DNA of 64,000 nucleotides, taken from the NCBI GenBank assembly GCA_965263035.1, contig OZ253580.1:5632001-5696000 (forward strand), in the 5' to 3' direction. Below, in pieces: positions 40,126 through 50,149 of the stretch. This stretch comes from Acidobacteriota bacterium (GTDB lineage Bacteria > Acidobacteriota > UBA6911 > RPQK01 > JAJDTT01). Both the position numbers and the translations under genes were made by a program. The notes under the pieces were generated by a model, which saw nothing but the letters and a program-made list of their open reading frames with translations, made no database searches and was not told the origin of the DNA. How positions within the stretch are numbered: position 1 is the stretch's first letter; each line of letters starts with the position of its first letter.

Positions 40126-40212
40126 TGGTCCCCGGCGCGGGATTCGAATCCACACGGCCTTTCGGCCACCGGATTTTAATTCCAGCGCGTCTGCCAATTC
40201 CGCCAGCCGGGG
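40126..40212 (-). tRNA. tRNA-Leu(TAA), non-canonical
   Basis: Cloverleaf: CCCCGGC/GCCGGGG-ACCA acceptor, GGAATTGGCAGACGC D arm, CTGGA-ATTAAAA-TCCGG anticodon arm, long variable arm, TTCGAAT loop. Confidence 0.85.
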
Positions 40213-40393
40213 ACACTTTTGGCTGGACTGTCAACCGAGTTCCCCTATAATAGCTATGAGACATCCCCTGTCTCATGCCGAATGGCATAATTCTTCGATT
40301 ATACTCGGATACTCATATTTTGCCCGGTTCCCGACAACAGGTTGCGCCGGTTCCGATGGGGCTGGTCGCGATAGCGATTTCCAGGTCTGTGAA

Positions 40394-41785
40394 ATGGATA
40401 TCGAAAAACTCAGGCATCTGATTCAGGGGAAGATCTATCTGGACCAGGAGTCGTGCCGAGACGTGGCCACCGATTTCGGCCGGATCCTGGTGAAGACTCC
40501 CAAAGCCCTGGTGGCGCCGGAATCGTCCGAGGACGTGGCCACCGTCATGGCTACGGCTTCCCGGGAGGGGTGGCCGGTCTCGACGCGGGGAGCTTCCCAT
40601 TCCCAGGGTGGCCAGTCGCTCTCCCAGGACGGAATCCTTCTGGATCTGAGCACGTTGAACGGGATCGGTGCCGTGGAAGGGGAGACGGTGAAGGTCCAGG
40701 CCGGCGTGCTTTGGCGCGACCTGGTGGCTTTCACTTCCGAGAGGGGACTTCTTCCCCCGGTTCTCACCAACAATCTCAACGTGACCGTGGGGGGGACGCT
40801 CTCCATGGCCGGCATCGGCGTGTCTTCCCACCGCTATGGCACCCAGGCCCACCAGGTGGTGGAGCTGGAGGTCGTGACGGGGGAGGGTCACCGGGTGCGC
40901 TGTTCTCCACAGGAGAACTCCGAGCTCTTCTTCTGCACCCTGTGCGGACTCGGCCAATTCTCGGTCATCCTGAGCGCCCGGCTCCGGCTCCGCCGGGTCG
41001 CTCCCAGGGTCCGCACCTACTATCTCCTCTACGATGACCTGGGGGCTCTGATGGCGGACCAGGAGCGTCTTCTGACCCAGCAGCGCTTCGACTACATCGA
41101 GTCTTGGGCCTCTCCGTGCGTTCAGGGGTTGCGGCGTATGGGAGATGTCCGGGTTCCCTTCGCCGAATGGTTCTTTCCCATGCACCTGACCGTGGAGTTG
41201 GGTGAGGAGGAGCCTCGGGAGGAGGAGCTGCTCGAAGGCCTGAGCTTCTATCGCAAGCTGCAGGTGGAGGACTCCACCGTGCTGGAGTTCGCCCATCGGC
41301 TGGAGCCGGTCTTCGGACTCTGGAGGCAGAGCGGAGCCTGGGGCATGTGCCACCCCTGGATGGAGACCATTCTGCCTTGGGATCAGGCCCCGGGCTACAT
41401 CGGCGGCGTGCTGGCCAATTTTCCCCCGCAGCTTCTGGCCGGCGGCCACGTTCTGATCTGGCCCTGCCGCTTCCAGGGAAATACGCTTCCCCTGTTCAGG
41501 CAACCTCCGGGCGAATTCATCGTGGGCTTCGGGATACTGCCTGCGGTGCCCAGGCCGATGCTCCCCTTGGCTCGTCAGCTACTGAAGACGGCCAGCGATC
41601 TTTCGATGAGAGTCGGAGGAAGGCGCTACCTCTCGGGGTGGGTGGAATTCACTCCGGAACAGTGGAGGAGCCACTTTGGAGAGATCTGGGAGGACCTGCA
41701 ACGGTGGAAGCAGTTTTACGATCCGGCGGGAATATTGAACCTCGGATTCATTCCTTATCCGGACCGAACGGAGAGTCCGGACTGA
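40394..41785 (+). CDS. FAD-binding oxidoreductase (cytokinin dehydrogenase-like, VAO/PCMH family)
   Basis: RGASHSQGGQ, TVGGTLSMAGIG, GLGQF, HPWM, YDPAGILN. Confidence 0.85.
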   Translation: MDIEKLRHLIQGKIYLDQESCRDVATDFGRILVKTPKALVAPESSEDVATVMATASREGWPVSTRGASHSQGGQSLSQDGILLDLSTLNGIGAVEGETVKVQAGVLWRDLVAFTSERGLLPPVLTNNLNVTVGGTLSMAGIGVSSHRYGTQAHQVVELEVVTGEGHRVRCSPQENSELFFCTLCGLGQFSVILSARLRLRRVAPRVRTYYLLYDDLGALMADQERLLTQQRFDYIESWASPCVQGLRRMGDVRVPFAEWFFPMHLTVELGEEEPREEELLEGLSFYRKLQVEDSTVLEFAHRLEPVFGLWRQSGAWGMCHPWMETILPWDQAPGYIGGVLANFPPQLLAGGHVLIWPCRFQGNTLPLFRQPPGEFIVGFGILPAVPRPMLPLARQLLKTASDLSMRVGGRRYLSGWVEFTPEQWRSHFGEIWEDLQRWKQFYDPAGILNLGFIPYPDRTESPD

Positions 41786-41832
41786 AGCAATTCATGAACC
41801 TATAAAATTTTATTATTGAGGTTACTTAAAGA

Positions 41833-43470
41833 CTAATCCTTTAGAAGACGCTTCAGTATTTTCCCGATCGCGCTCTTGGGGAGCTCGTCCCGGAATTCCA
41901 CGTGCCTGGGGAGCTTGAATCGAGCCAGCTTCCCGTGGCAGAAGCGAATCACGTCCCGTTTGGTCAACTCGTGGCCTTCCTTGAGCACGATGAAGGCCTT
42001 GGGGACTTCGCCCCGGACCCGGCTGGGGACCCCCACCACGGCAGCATCCTGGACGCCGGGGTGCTGGTAGAGGACCTCCTCCACTTCGCGGGAATAGATG
42101 TTCATGCCGGCGCTCAGGATCAGATCCTTCTTCCGATCGACGATGGTGAAGTACCCGTCCTGGTCCATCACCGCCATGTCGCCGGTCTTGAGCCAGCCGT
42201 CCTGCAGCACGTTCGCGGTCTCCTCCGGTTTGTTCCAGTAGCCTTGCATCACCTGGGGTCCGGAGACCGAGAGCTCGCCGACTTCGCCGGCCGGCAGCAC
42301 GTTCCCGGTTTCGGAGTCCACGGTCCGCGCGTCGGTATCGGCGACGGGCACTCCGATGGTTCCATTCTTGCGGTTGCTGAAGATGGGGTTCACGCTCACG
42401 AGCGGTGAAGCCTCCGAGAGGCCGTAGCCCTCCACCAATTTTCCGCCGCTCATCTCCTCGAAGCGGGCCTGCACGTCGGCTGGCAGGCCGGCTCCTCCAC
42501 TGATGCAGAGGCGGATGGAGGAGAGGTCGGAACTCTTGATGCCGGAGTAATTGTTGATGGCGTTGTACATGGCAGGAACGCCGCAGAAGATGGTGGGCCG
42601 GTGCTTGCGGATTCGCTTGACCACGTCGGCCAGTTCGACACGGGGAAGGAGAATCATGGTGCACCGGCAGAGGACGGCCAAATGGAGACCGGTGGTCATT
42701 CCGTAGCTGTGGAAGAAGGGGAGGGCACAAAGAAAGATCTCCTGCTTTAGCTGGAGGTCCGAGAGCCACGACTTGGTCTGATGAACGTTGCAGACCAGGT
42801 TGCGGTGGGTCAGGATCGCTCCTTTGGAGAGGCCGGTGGTGCCTCCGGTGTAGAGCAGGATGGCGGTGTCGTCGGGGGAGACGTCCGCGGCCTCCCGGGA
42901 AGGGACCTTGCGCTTCATCAGGTCCCGGTATTCATACAGGCCGGGTGCCGTCGGGGGAGGCTCGGACGGCCGGTTCTTGAGTCCGTACAGAAATCGCAGG
43001 ATCGGAGGAAGAAACTCCTGGATTCCGGCGGAGATGATTCGTTTCACGGGTGTTCGGTCCCGGATGGAGAGGAGACGGCCCAGGAGTTTGTCCAGCACCA
43101 CCACCGTCTCGGCCCCCGAGTCCGTGAGCTGGTACTCCAGCTCACGCTCCACGTAGAGGGGATTGGTGGGCACCAGGACGGCCCCCAGTTTCAGAACCGC
43201 GAAATGGGCGATGGGGTACAGAGGCATATTGGGCAGGATCAGAGCCACACGGTCCCCTTTTCCCACACCCAGGGAGGCCAGGACCGAGGCGAATTGGTCC
43301 ACCCTCCTTCCCAGCTCGCCGTACCGAATCCGGGCACCGAAAAAGCGAGTCGCAGCGCCGCGGGGATGCTCCTGAACAGCTTGTCGAAACAGGGAGTAGA
43401 GGTCGATATTCGGATAGTCGATGGATGTGGGAACGGCCTCGTCGTAGTGTCGCAACCAGATCTTTTCCAC
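41833..43470 (-). CDS. Long-chain fatty acid-CoA ligase
   Basis: YTGGTTGLSKG, EGYGLSEASP, TGD, DRKKD, LPKSAIGKILKR. Confidence 0.92.
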   Translation of the reverse strand: MEKIWLRHYDEAVPTSIDYPNIDLYSLFRQAVQEHPRGAATRFFGARIRYGELGRRVDQFASVLASLGVGKGDRVALILPNMPLYPIAHFAVLKLGAVLVPTNPLYVERELEYQLTDSGAETVVVLDKLLGRLLSIRDRTPVKRIISAGIQEFLPPILRFLYGLKNRPSEPPPTAPGLYEYRDLMKRKVPSREAADVSPDDTAILLYTGGTTGLSKGAILTHRNLVCNVHQTKSWLSDLQLKQEIFLCALPFFHSYGMTTGLHLAVLCRCTMILLPRVELADVVKRIRKHRPTIFCGVPAMYNAINNYSGIKSSDLSSIRLCISGGAGLPADVQARFEEMSGGKLVEGYGLSEASPLVSVNPIFSNRKNGTIGVPVADTDARTVDSETGNVLPAGEVGELSVSGPQVMQGYWNKPEETANVLQDGWLKTGDMAVMDQDGYFTIVDRKKDLILSAGMNIYSREVEEVLYQHPGVQDAAVVGVPSRVRGEVPKAFIVLKEGHELTKRDVIRFCHGKLARFKLPRHVEFRDELPKSAIGKILKRLLKD

Positions 43471-43654
43471 GGTGTTCTCCACGGTAAGCCGATGGTAAAT
43501 CAACCAGACTATAGCAGTTCCGGGCACCGTCCCGAAACTCCCCGTTTCCACCGTGCTATACGGGAGTAAGGGGTCATCTTGAACGGTGGCGGGCCGTCGT
43601 TTTCGGACCTGGCAGGCGGCGCTTCCGCCGATATACTGAGGAGCGAGGATACGG

Positions 43655-44686
43655 ATGCCCATGAGTGAGCCGCCCTATGACGCGCTGTTGGTGATTTCCT
43701 TCGGTGGGCCCGAAGCCATGGACGAAGTGGAGCCCTTTCTCAGAAACGTGTTGCGGGGCAAGCGCGTACCGGAGGAAAGGATCCGGGAAGTGGCTCATCA
43801 CTATCGGATCTTCGATGGGGTGAGCCCCATCAACCGGCAGAACCGCCAGCTGATCCGAGCCGTGCGCCGGGAACTGCGGGAGAAGGGGCCCGATCTGCCG
43901 ATCTATTGGGGAAATCGAAACTGGCATCCCTTGCTGTCTCAGACTCTGAGAGAGATGGGGGCCGCCGGCGTCAGGAAGGCTCTGGCCTTCGTGACCTCGG
44001 CCTATAGCTCCTACTCCGGATGCCGCCAATACCTGGAGGACATCCAACGAGCCCAGAAGGAGACGGGGGCTCCGCCGCCCGATATCCACAAACTCCGGGT
44101 CTTCTACGATCATCCGGGTTTCATCGAATCCAACCGCGATCGAGTTCGCGCCGCCTTAGAGCAAATTCCAGGGGACCGGAGATCCCGGGCGCAACTGCTG
44201 TTCACAGCCCACAGCATTCCGCTGGCCATGGCTTGGGGCTGCGACTATGTGGACCAGTTGCGGGAGACCTGCCGCCTGGTGGCGGATCAGGTTCCCGATT
44301 CCCGATGGAGCCTGGCCTATCAGAGCCGGAGCGGACCGCCTCACCAGCCCTGGTTGGAGCCCGATGTCGGCGAACATCTGAGGCAAGTCGCCGGTCAGGG
44401 CGGACAGGACGTGATTGTCTCTCCCGTCGGCTTCATCTCCGACCATATGGAGGTGGCCTACGATCTGGACGTGGAACTGGCCGATCTGGCCCGCTCTCTG
44501 GGCCTGAACCTGGTGAGGGCCGCGACGGCGGGGACCCATCCCGCTTTCGTGAGCATGGTCGGCGAGCTTGTCCGGGAACGGACCGACGGAGCCCGGCGCC
44601 AGTTCCTGGGCGCCCGGGCACCCGGGCCGGACACCTGCCCGGGAGGTTGCTGCCCTTACTCGAGTCCGGCGCCGGCACGAACCTGA
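43655..44686 (+). CDS. hemH: Ferrochelatase
   Basis: SFGGPE, NRNWHP, FTAHSIP, YQSRSG, WLEPD, GFISDHMEV. Confidence 0.93.
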   Translation: MPMSEPPYDALLVISFGGPEAMDEVEPFLRNVLRGKRVPEERIREVAHHYRIFDGVSPINRQNRQLIRAVRRELREKGPDLPIYWGNRNWHPLLSQTLREMGAAGVRKALAFVTSAYSSYSGCRQYLEDIQRAQKETGAPPPDIHKLRVFYDHPGFIESNRDRVRAALEQIPGDRRSRAQLLFTAHSIPLAMAWGCDYVDQLRETCRLVADQVPDSRWSLAYQSRSGPPHQPWLEPDVGEHLRQVAGQGGQDVIVSPVGFISDHMEVAYDLDVELADLARSLGLNLVRAATAGTHPAFVSMVGELVRERTDGARRQFLGARAPGPDTCPGGCCPYSSPAPART

Positions 44687-44766
44687 CCGGACGTCGCCAC
44701 TGCCCCGAGTAACGCTGCCGAGCCTCAATGCTCGTGCCGAACCGTTTGTGCTACCATCGCCGCACT

Positions 44767-45720
44767 ATGGTCAAGAAGTTGATCCTGGCCTCGCCCAGGG
44801 GCTTCTGTGCCGGTGTGGTTCGGGCCATCGATGTCGTCAGGATCGCGCTGGAAGCCTGTCCACCGCCGATTTACGTGAGAAAGCAGATCATTCACAATGC
44901 GTACGTGGTGGACGAGCTCCGCCAGGAAGGTGCTGTCTTCGTCGATTCGCTGGACCAGGTGCCCGCGGGCGGGACGGTCATCTTCAGCGCGCACGGGGTG
45001 TCTCCCCAGGTCTGGGCCGAGGCCCGATCCAGGTCCCTCAATGTCATCGACGCCACCTGCCCGCTCGTCACAAAGGTGCATGTCGAGGCCGTCCGATATT
45101 CCAAGCAGGGATTTACCGTCGTCCTCATCGGTCACGAGGGACACGAAGAGGTCGTCGGGACCATGGGAGAGGCTCCCGAATCCACGGTCTTGGTGAGCAA
45201 CATCGAGGATGTCCAGGCCCTCGAGGTTGAAGACCCTGAAGAAATCGCCTACCTGACCCAGACGACACTGAGTATCGAGGACACGCGGGAAATCATCGCC
45301 GCGTTGAGGCAGCGCTTCCCCATGATTCAGGGACCCCCTTCGGAAGACATCTGTTACGCGACTCAAAATCGCCAACTCGCCGTGCGCGAACTGGCCCGCG
45401 TTGCGGATCTGGTTCTGGTCGTGGGAGCATCCAACAGCAGCAATTCCAATCGCTTGGTGGAGGAAGCGATCGGTTCAGGGGTCGCGTCCTATCTCATAAG
45501 CGATGTGAGCAAGATCCGGAGGGAGTGGCTCCAGGGCGTGGAGACCGTGGGTCTGACCTCGGGCGCTTCGGCTCCCGAAATCCTGGTCGAAGGCATCGTC
45601 AATTTCTTCCAGAGCCGTGGGGCCGGGGTGGAGGAGTTGGTGACCCGGGAGGAGAACGTTCATTTCGCCCTCCCTCCCGAGCTGAGGCAGGTGCCGAACC
45701 AACTGCACGTGCTCTCATAA
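44767..45720 (+). CDS. ispH: 4-hydroxy-3-methylbut-2-enyl diphosphate reductase
   Basis: PRGFCAGV, DATCPLVTKVH, DICYATQNRQ, SSNSNRL, TSGASAPE. Confidence 0.97.
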   Translation: MVKKLILASPRGFCAGVVRAIDVVRIALEACPPPIYVRKQIIHNAYVVDELRQEGAVFVDSLDQVPAGGTVIFSAHGVSPQVWAEARSRSLNVIDATCPLVTKVHVEAVRYSKQGFTVVLIGHEGHEEVVGTMGEAPESTVLVSNIEDVQALEVEDPEEIAYLTQTTLSIEDTREIIAALRQRFPMIQGPPSEDICYATQNRQLAVRELARVADLVLVVGASNSSNSNRLVEEAIGSGVASYLISDVSKIRREWLQGVETVGLTSGASAPEILVEGIVNFFQSRGAGVEELVTREENVHFALPPELRQVPNQLHVLS

Positions 45721-45798
45721 CGGTTGTTGCGTTTCCCCCGGCAGAACCTGCCCGTATTTCCACCAAAGAAATGTTCTTGACGCCGGGGAGGGAGAACC

Positions 45799-46146
45799 GT
45801 GTCGAACCAGATTCCGGAGACCTTTCCGAACCAGTACCCGGGCCGGGAGTACCAGGTCACCATTGAATGTCCCGAGTTCACGTCGTTGTGTCCCAAGACG
45901 GGACAGCCGGACTTCGGGACCATTCGGATCCGGTATGTTCCGGATCAACACATCATTGAATTGAAATCCCTGAAATTCTACCTTTTCTCCTATCGGAACC
46001 AGGGAATCTTCTACGAATCGGTCGTGAACAAGATTCTGGACGACCTGGTGACCGCGTCGCAGCCGATTCGCTGCGAAGTGATCGGGGATTTCACCGTCCG
46101 GGGTGGCATCACCACTTCGGTTCAGGCCGTTTATGAGGGGGAGTGA
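45799..46146 (+). CDS. queF: NADPH-dependent 7-cyano-7-deazaguanine reductase
   Basis: PEFTSLCPKTGQPDFG, ELKSLKFY, RGGI. Confidence 0.95.
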   Translation: MSNQIPETFPNQYPGREYQVTIECPEFTSLCPKTGQPDFGTIRIRYVPDQHIIELKSLKFYLFSYRNQGIFYESVVNKILDDLVTASQPIRCEVIGDFTVRGGITTSVQAVYEGE

Positions 46147-46153
46147 GGTTTTG

Positions 46154-47158
46154 GTGGACCTGATCGAGCTGACCCGGTCTCTGGTGAACATCCCTTCGGT
46201 GACAGGACAGGAAGGACCCGTCGGACGCTTCCTGCTGAAGTACCTTCAAACCCAGGGGTGGAACTGCCGGTCCCAGACCGTCACCAAGGACCGCATAAAC
46301 GTGCTGGCGATCCGGGAAGAACCACGGATTCTGCTGACGACCCACATGGATACGGTCCCTCCCTTCTTCGAATTCCGGCAGGACGAAGAGTACCTCTACG
46401 GACGCGGCGTTTCGGATGCCAAGGGGCTCATCGCGGCAATGGTCTGCGCCGCGGACGGGCTCCTTCAGGAGGGCATCTCGGACGTGGGACTCCTCTTCGT
46501 GGTAGGGGAGGAGACGGAAAGCGACGGCGCCTGGAAGGCCAGGGAGCTGGGTCTGCGCTGTGACTACATCATTGATGGCGAGCCCACCGACAACGAATTG
46601 GTCGTGGGCCACAAGGGCATGGTCTACGTCGTCTTGCGTTGTGACGGGGTCACGGCCCACTCCGCCTATCCCGAGCAGGGCGTGTCGGCTATCGACAAGC
46701 TCGTGTCCCTTCTGGCTGAGTTGCAGTCCCTGAAGTTTCCCTCCGACGCCACGCTCGGTGAAACCACCATCAACGTGGGGTTGATCCGGGGAGGCCACGC
46801 CCCGAATGTGATTCCGGATCTGGCCGAAGCCGAGATCCTTCTCCGGACCGTGGCGGAAGGCACCGCGTATGTGGATGTCCTGAAGGAGTGGGCTTCGGGG
46901 CGGGCGAATCTGGAGATCCGCGCGACCTCGGAACCTCAGGAAATGGCGTCGATCCCCGGGTTGTCCACCAAGGTCGTTGGATACGGCACGGATGTGCCGG
47001 CCCTGAGAATCCTGGGACGTCCGCTTCTGGTGGGACCCGGGTCCATTCTGGTGGCTCACACAGCCGAAGAGAGGGTTTCCAAGGTCGAGCTGGAGGCGGG
47101 CGTCCGTCTGTACCAGGATCTGGTGCGGAGACTACGCGCCGAGGACCACGGCTCGTGA
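46154..47158 (+). CDS. M20/M25/M40 family metallo-hydrolase (ArgE/DapE-like)
   Basis: THMDTVP, GRGVSDAKG, VGEE, GEPT, AHT.EE. Confidence 0.9.
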   Translation: MDLIELTRSLVNIPSVTGQEGPVGRFLLKYLQTQGWNCRSQTVTKDRINVLAIREEPRILLTTHMDTVPPFFEFRQDEEYLYGRGVSDAKGLIAAMVCAADGLLQEGISDVGLLFVVGEETESDGAWKARELGLRCDYIIDGEPTDNELVVGHKGMVYVVLRCDGVTAHSAYPEQGVSAIDKLVSLLAELQSLKFPSDATLGETTINVGLIRGGHAPNVIPDLAEAEILLRTVAEGTAYVDVLKEWASGRANLEIRATSEPQEMASIPGLSTKVVGYGTDVPALRILGRPLLVGPGSILVAHTAEERVSKVELEAGVRLYQDLVRRLRAEDHGS

Positions 47159-47177
47159 CTTGGCCGTGTCTTTCAAT

Positions 47178-48053
47178 TCAGTGAACCACCCGCTGAATAT
47201 AGTCTGAGAACTCCCGAAAGCTGGGGATGTACTCGTCGTAGGAAAGGTCCTTCCGAGATCTGGAGGTCGAAAAACCCGGACCCAGCAGAAGGACCGGAAT
47301 ACGGTGGTGTTCACAGGCCTCGTTCAACGCGCGGAAACAGTCCTTCGACTTGGCACTCAGTCCGTTCCGAGCGAGGATGCAGGCTAGGTTCACCGGCTGC
47401 TCCTCCACCATTTCGGCCATCGCCTCGAACGGAACATTACTGCCCAGATTCAGGGCGTCCCATCCCACTTCGTTCAAGACGCGGGAGATTCCGTTGACGA
47501 AGTGGCTGCAATAGGCGGCAGGCGCCGCGCAGAGTCCGGTCTTACCCAGGGGTCTGCGGCAGAGGACACCGGGAAAGAAATAGTACAAGGCCTCTTCAAG
47601 ATTCTTTTCCACGAGTCGAGTTTGGCCCAAACCCTTGGGGTTGGAAGGATGATTCCCCCCGGGGCCGGCGAATATGGGTGCCACCACGTCGTCGTAGAGA
47701 TCCCCCATGCTCAGTCCACGAATGTAAAGGCGCTCCAGAAGATCCTTGATCGGGGTGCACTGGTTCTCGGAAGCCAGATAGAGGATCAACTCTCTCACTC
47801 GTGACCAATTCCTCTGGTTGACGAAGGTCTCCAATTGGGGGTCCTCCCACTCGGTCGAGGTCAGGAGACCGGTTCCCTCGAATCGGTGGCGAGCCTGAAA
47901 GTCCTGAATGTGCTTGAGTTGGAACCTTCGATGGCCGCCCGGAGTCCGATGGCATTGGAGCTTCCCGGTATCGGTCCACCGCTTGATGGTCGATTCGCTC
48001 AGGTTCCAGAGTTGGGCAAGTTCCCGCGAGGAATAGATTCGTTTCCTGACCAT
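47178..48053 (-). CDS. HTH (MerR/excisionase-like) regulator with cobalamin-binding-like domain
   Basis: N-terminal SESTIKRWTDTGKL..RTPGGHRRF; C-terminal GWDALNLGSNVP..LLGPG. Confidence 0.75.
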   Translation of the reverse strand: MVRKRIYSSRELAQLWNLSESTIKRWTDTGKLQCHRTPGGHRRFQLKHIQDFQARHRFEGTGLLTSTEWEDPQLETFVNQRNWSRVRELILYLASENQCTPIKDLLERLYIRGLSMGDLYDDVVAPIFAGPGGNHPSNPKGLGQTRLVEKNLEEALYYFFPGVLCRRPLGKTGLCAAPAAYCSHFVNGISRVLNEVGWDALNLGSNVPFEAMAEMVEEQPVNLACILARNGLSAKSKDCFRALNEACEHHRIPVLLLGPGFSTSRSRKDLSYDEYIPSFREFSDYIQRVVH

Positions 48054-48253
48054 ATCGTGAGATACGAACCGAAAGCCGAACGGCTGAGATGATCGGTTGG
48101 CGACTCCGGGAGGGCAGATTAGAAGGTTTCCGCACGAAAGTCAATTTGAGAAGTGAGGAGTGAGAAGGAGATGTTCGGCAGCTCCGGAGGCGATCCTGAC
48201 TTCGTTCGAGGTTTGGGACAGGGGTGGAATCAGTGGGTCGCTTCAGCCGTCTC

Positions 48254-48414
48254 GGAGTCTGCGCTGTAGAAATGATCGTAGCGAGAAAGTGGGGAATCGA
48301 GGCCAGATTTTCTCGATTTGGAGGTGCATAGTTGTTCTATTCGCCGAGAAATCGGGGAAATATGGACCGATTCTACCGCTTTCGCAGTAGATCAATTTCT
48401 GCGGCGCTGGCTCC
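48254..48414. mobile_element. MITE family A, copy 2
   Basis: Reverse complement of 1377-1537; overlaps panC 3' end. Confidence 0.9.
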
Positions 48415-49266
48415 TAGGTCTTCGCAGAGAACGTTGTCGATCAGGCGAATTCGACCCAGGCGGACGGCGCCGGCGGCCCGGACCGGGCCTTGAATCCCGG
48501 ACACGGGCTGCATGGTTTCCGGATCGACCAACTCCAGGTACTCGATTTGGACCAGTGACTCCCGACTCAAGAGCCGGAGTCCGCTGCGGCGGATCTGGCC
48601 GGCGTCCCGGGCTCCCTGGCGCACCATGGTCCGGATCTCCTGCAGGGTCCGGAAGAGAGCAGTGGCAGCCTTTCGCTCTTGGGGTTCGAGATGGCGGTTC
48701 CGGGAACTGATGGCCAACCCGTCGGACTCTCGAACCGTCGGGACTTGGCGGATTTTCACCGGCAGGTTCAGATCCTTGACCAATTGCCGGACGACCACCG
48801 TCTGTTGGGCGTCCTTCTCGCCGAAGTAGGCTCGGTCCGGTTCCAGGATGTTCAGGAGTTTCAGGACGATGGTGGCGACGCCGCGGAAATGTCCGGGGCG
48901 AAACCGGCCGCACAGGTGCGATGTCACGGCCTCGACCTCCACGAAAGTTCTGTGTGTGGCCGGGTAGACTTCGTTTCTGCCGGGTTGAAAGACGAGATCG
49001 ACTCCCGAATGCCGGCACATGGCGAGATCCGAATCCAGGTCTCTTGGATAGGTGCCGAAGTCTTCCGCCGGACCGAACTGGGCCGGATTCACGAAGATGC
49101 TCACGACGAGCCAGTCGCATTCCCGCCGCGCCACCTGGATCAGCTTCCGATGACCCTCGTGCAGGGCTCCCATGGTGGGGACGAGGCCTCTGGAGGACCC
49201 GTCCTTTCGGACGACTTCCATCGCCTCCCGGGCTCCGGCGATGGAGGTGGCCACGACCAGGGCCAT
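48373..49266 (-). CDS. panC: Pantoate-beta-alanine ligase
   Basis: VPTMGALHEGH, SIFVNPAQF, RPGHFRGV, FGEKD, GLAISSRN, RLIDN. Confidence 0.97.
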   Translation of the reverse strand: MALVVATSIAGAREAMEVVRKDGSSRGLVPTMGALHEGHRKLIQVARRECDWLVVSIFVNPAQFGPAEDFGTYPRDLDSDLAMCRHSGVDLVFQPGRNEVYPATHRTFVEVEAVTSHLCGRFRPGHFRGVATIVLKLLNILEPDRAYFGEKDAQQTVVVRQLVKDLNLPVKIRQVPTVRESDGLAISSRNRHLEPQERKAATALFRTLQEIRTMVRQGARDAGQIRRSGLRLLSRESLVQIEYLELVDPETMQPVSGIQGPVRAAGAVRLGRIRLIDNVLCEDLGASAAEIDLLRKR

Positions 49267-50117
49267 CAGGATCTTTCTTTGACCAGCTTCGGCTCGCTGG
49301 AACGGAAAAAGTCTGTCGTTCTGGAAGCGGGGAAACGTCCGGTTCGAACGTCGTCGATGTAGTTTTCGGTGGCATCCAGGATGGTGCTGCCCAGGGAGGC
49401 GTAGCGTTTGACGAAGGAAGGGACGAAGGAGTCGAAAAGGCCGAAGGCGTCGTAGCTCACCAGGATCTGACCGTCGCAATAGGGTCCGGCCCCGATGCCG
49501 ATGGTGGGTATCCGAAGCTGCGGCGTCACTTCGAAAGCGACTTCGTCCGGAATGCATTCCAGGACCAGAGCGAAGACTCCGGCGTCCTCAAGGGCGGCAG
49601 CATCGTCCAGCAGGCGAGCCACGCTCTCCCGGCTCCGCGCTTGCTGCCGGTAGCCGCCCAAGGCGTGGACCTTCTGCGGCGTCAGGCCCAGGTGGCCCAT
49701 CACCGGAATTCCCACGTCCGTCAGGTGCCGGACGGATTTGACCACCGGCCCGGCCCCTTCCACCTTGACTGCGGAGACTCCACCTTCCTGCATGAGACGT
49801 CCGGCATTGCGAAGCGCCTCGGAAACGGAGACCTGATACGTGGCAAAGGGCATGTCGGCAACCACCAACGCGCGTCGAGCTCCCCGGGTGACAGCCCGGC
49901 TGTGGTGCACCATCATGTCCAGGGTGACCGGCAGCGTGGTGTCGCATCCCAGGATCACGGTGCCCAAAGAGTCGCCCACCAACAGAACGTCGATGCCGGC
50001 CCGGTCCAGCAGGGCGGCCATGGTGGCATCATAGGCGGTGAGCGCGGTGATCTTCTCGCCGCGGCGCTTCTTCTCTTCCAAGTCAGGCACTCTCAATGCT
50101 TTAACGTGCTTCGGCAT
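49266..50117 (-). CDS. panB: 3-methyl-2-oxobutanoate hydroxymethyltransferase
   Basis: LTAYD, LVGDSLG, ADMPF, VKVEG, GHLGLTPQ, GIGAG..CDGQ. Confidence 0.97.
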   Translation of the reverse strand: MPKHVKALRVPDLEEKKRRGEKITALTAYDATMAALLDRAGIDVLLVGDSLGTVILGCDTTLPVTLDMMVHHSRAVTRGARRALVVADMPFATYQVSVSEALRNAGRLMQEGGVSAVKVEGAGPVVKSVRHLTDVGIPVMGHLGLTPQKVHALGGYRQQARSRESVARLLDDAAALEDAGVFALVLECIPDEVAFEVTPQLRIPTIGIGAGPYCDGQILVSYDAFGLFDSFVPSFVKRYASLGSTILDATENYIDDVRTGRFPASRTTDFFRSSEPKLVKERS

Positions 50118-50149
50118 GGAAGATTTCCTTCCCGGGCGGAGTTCCGACT

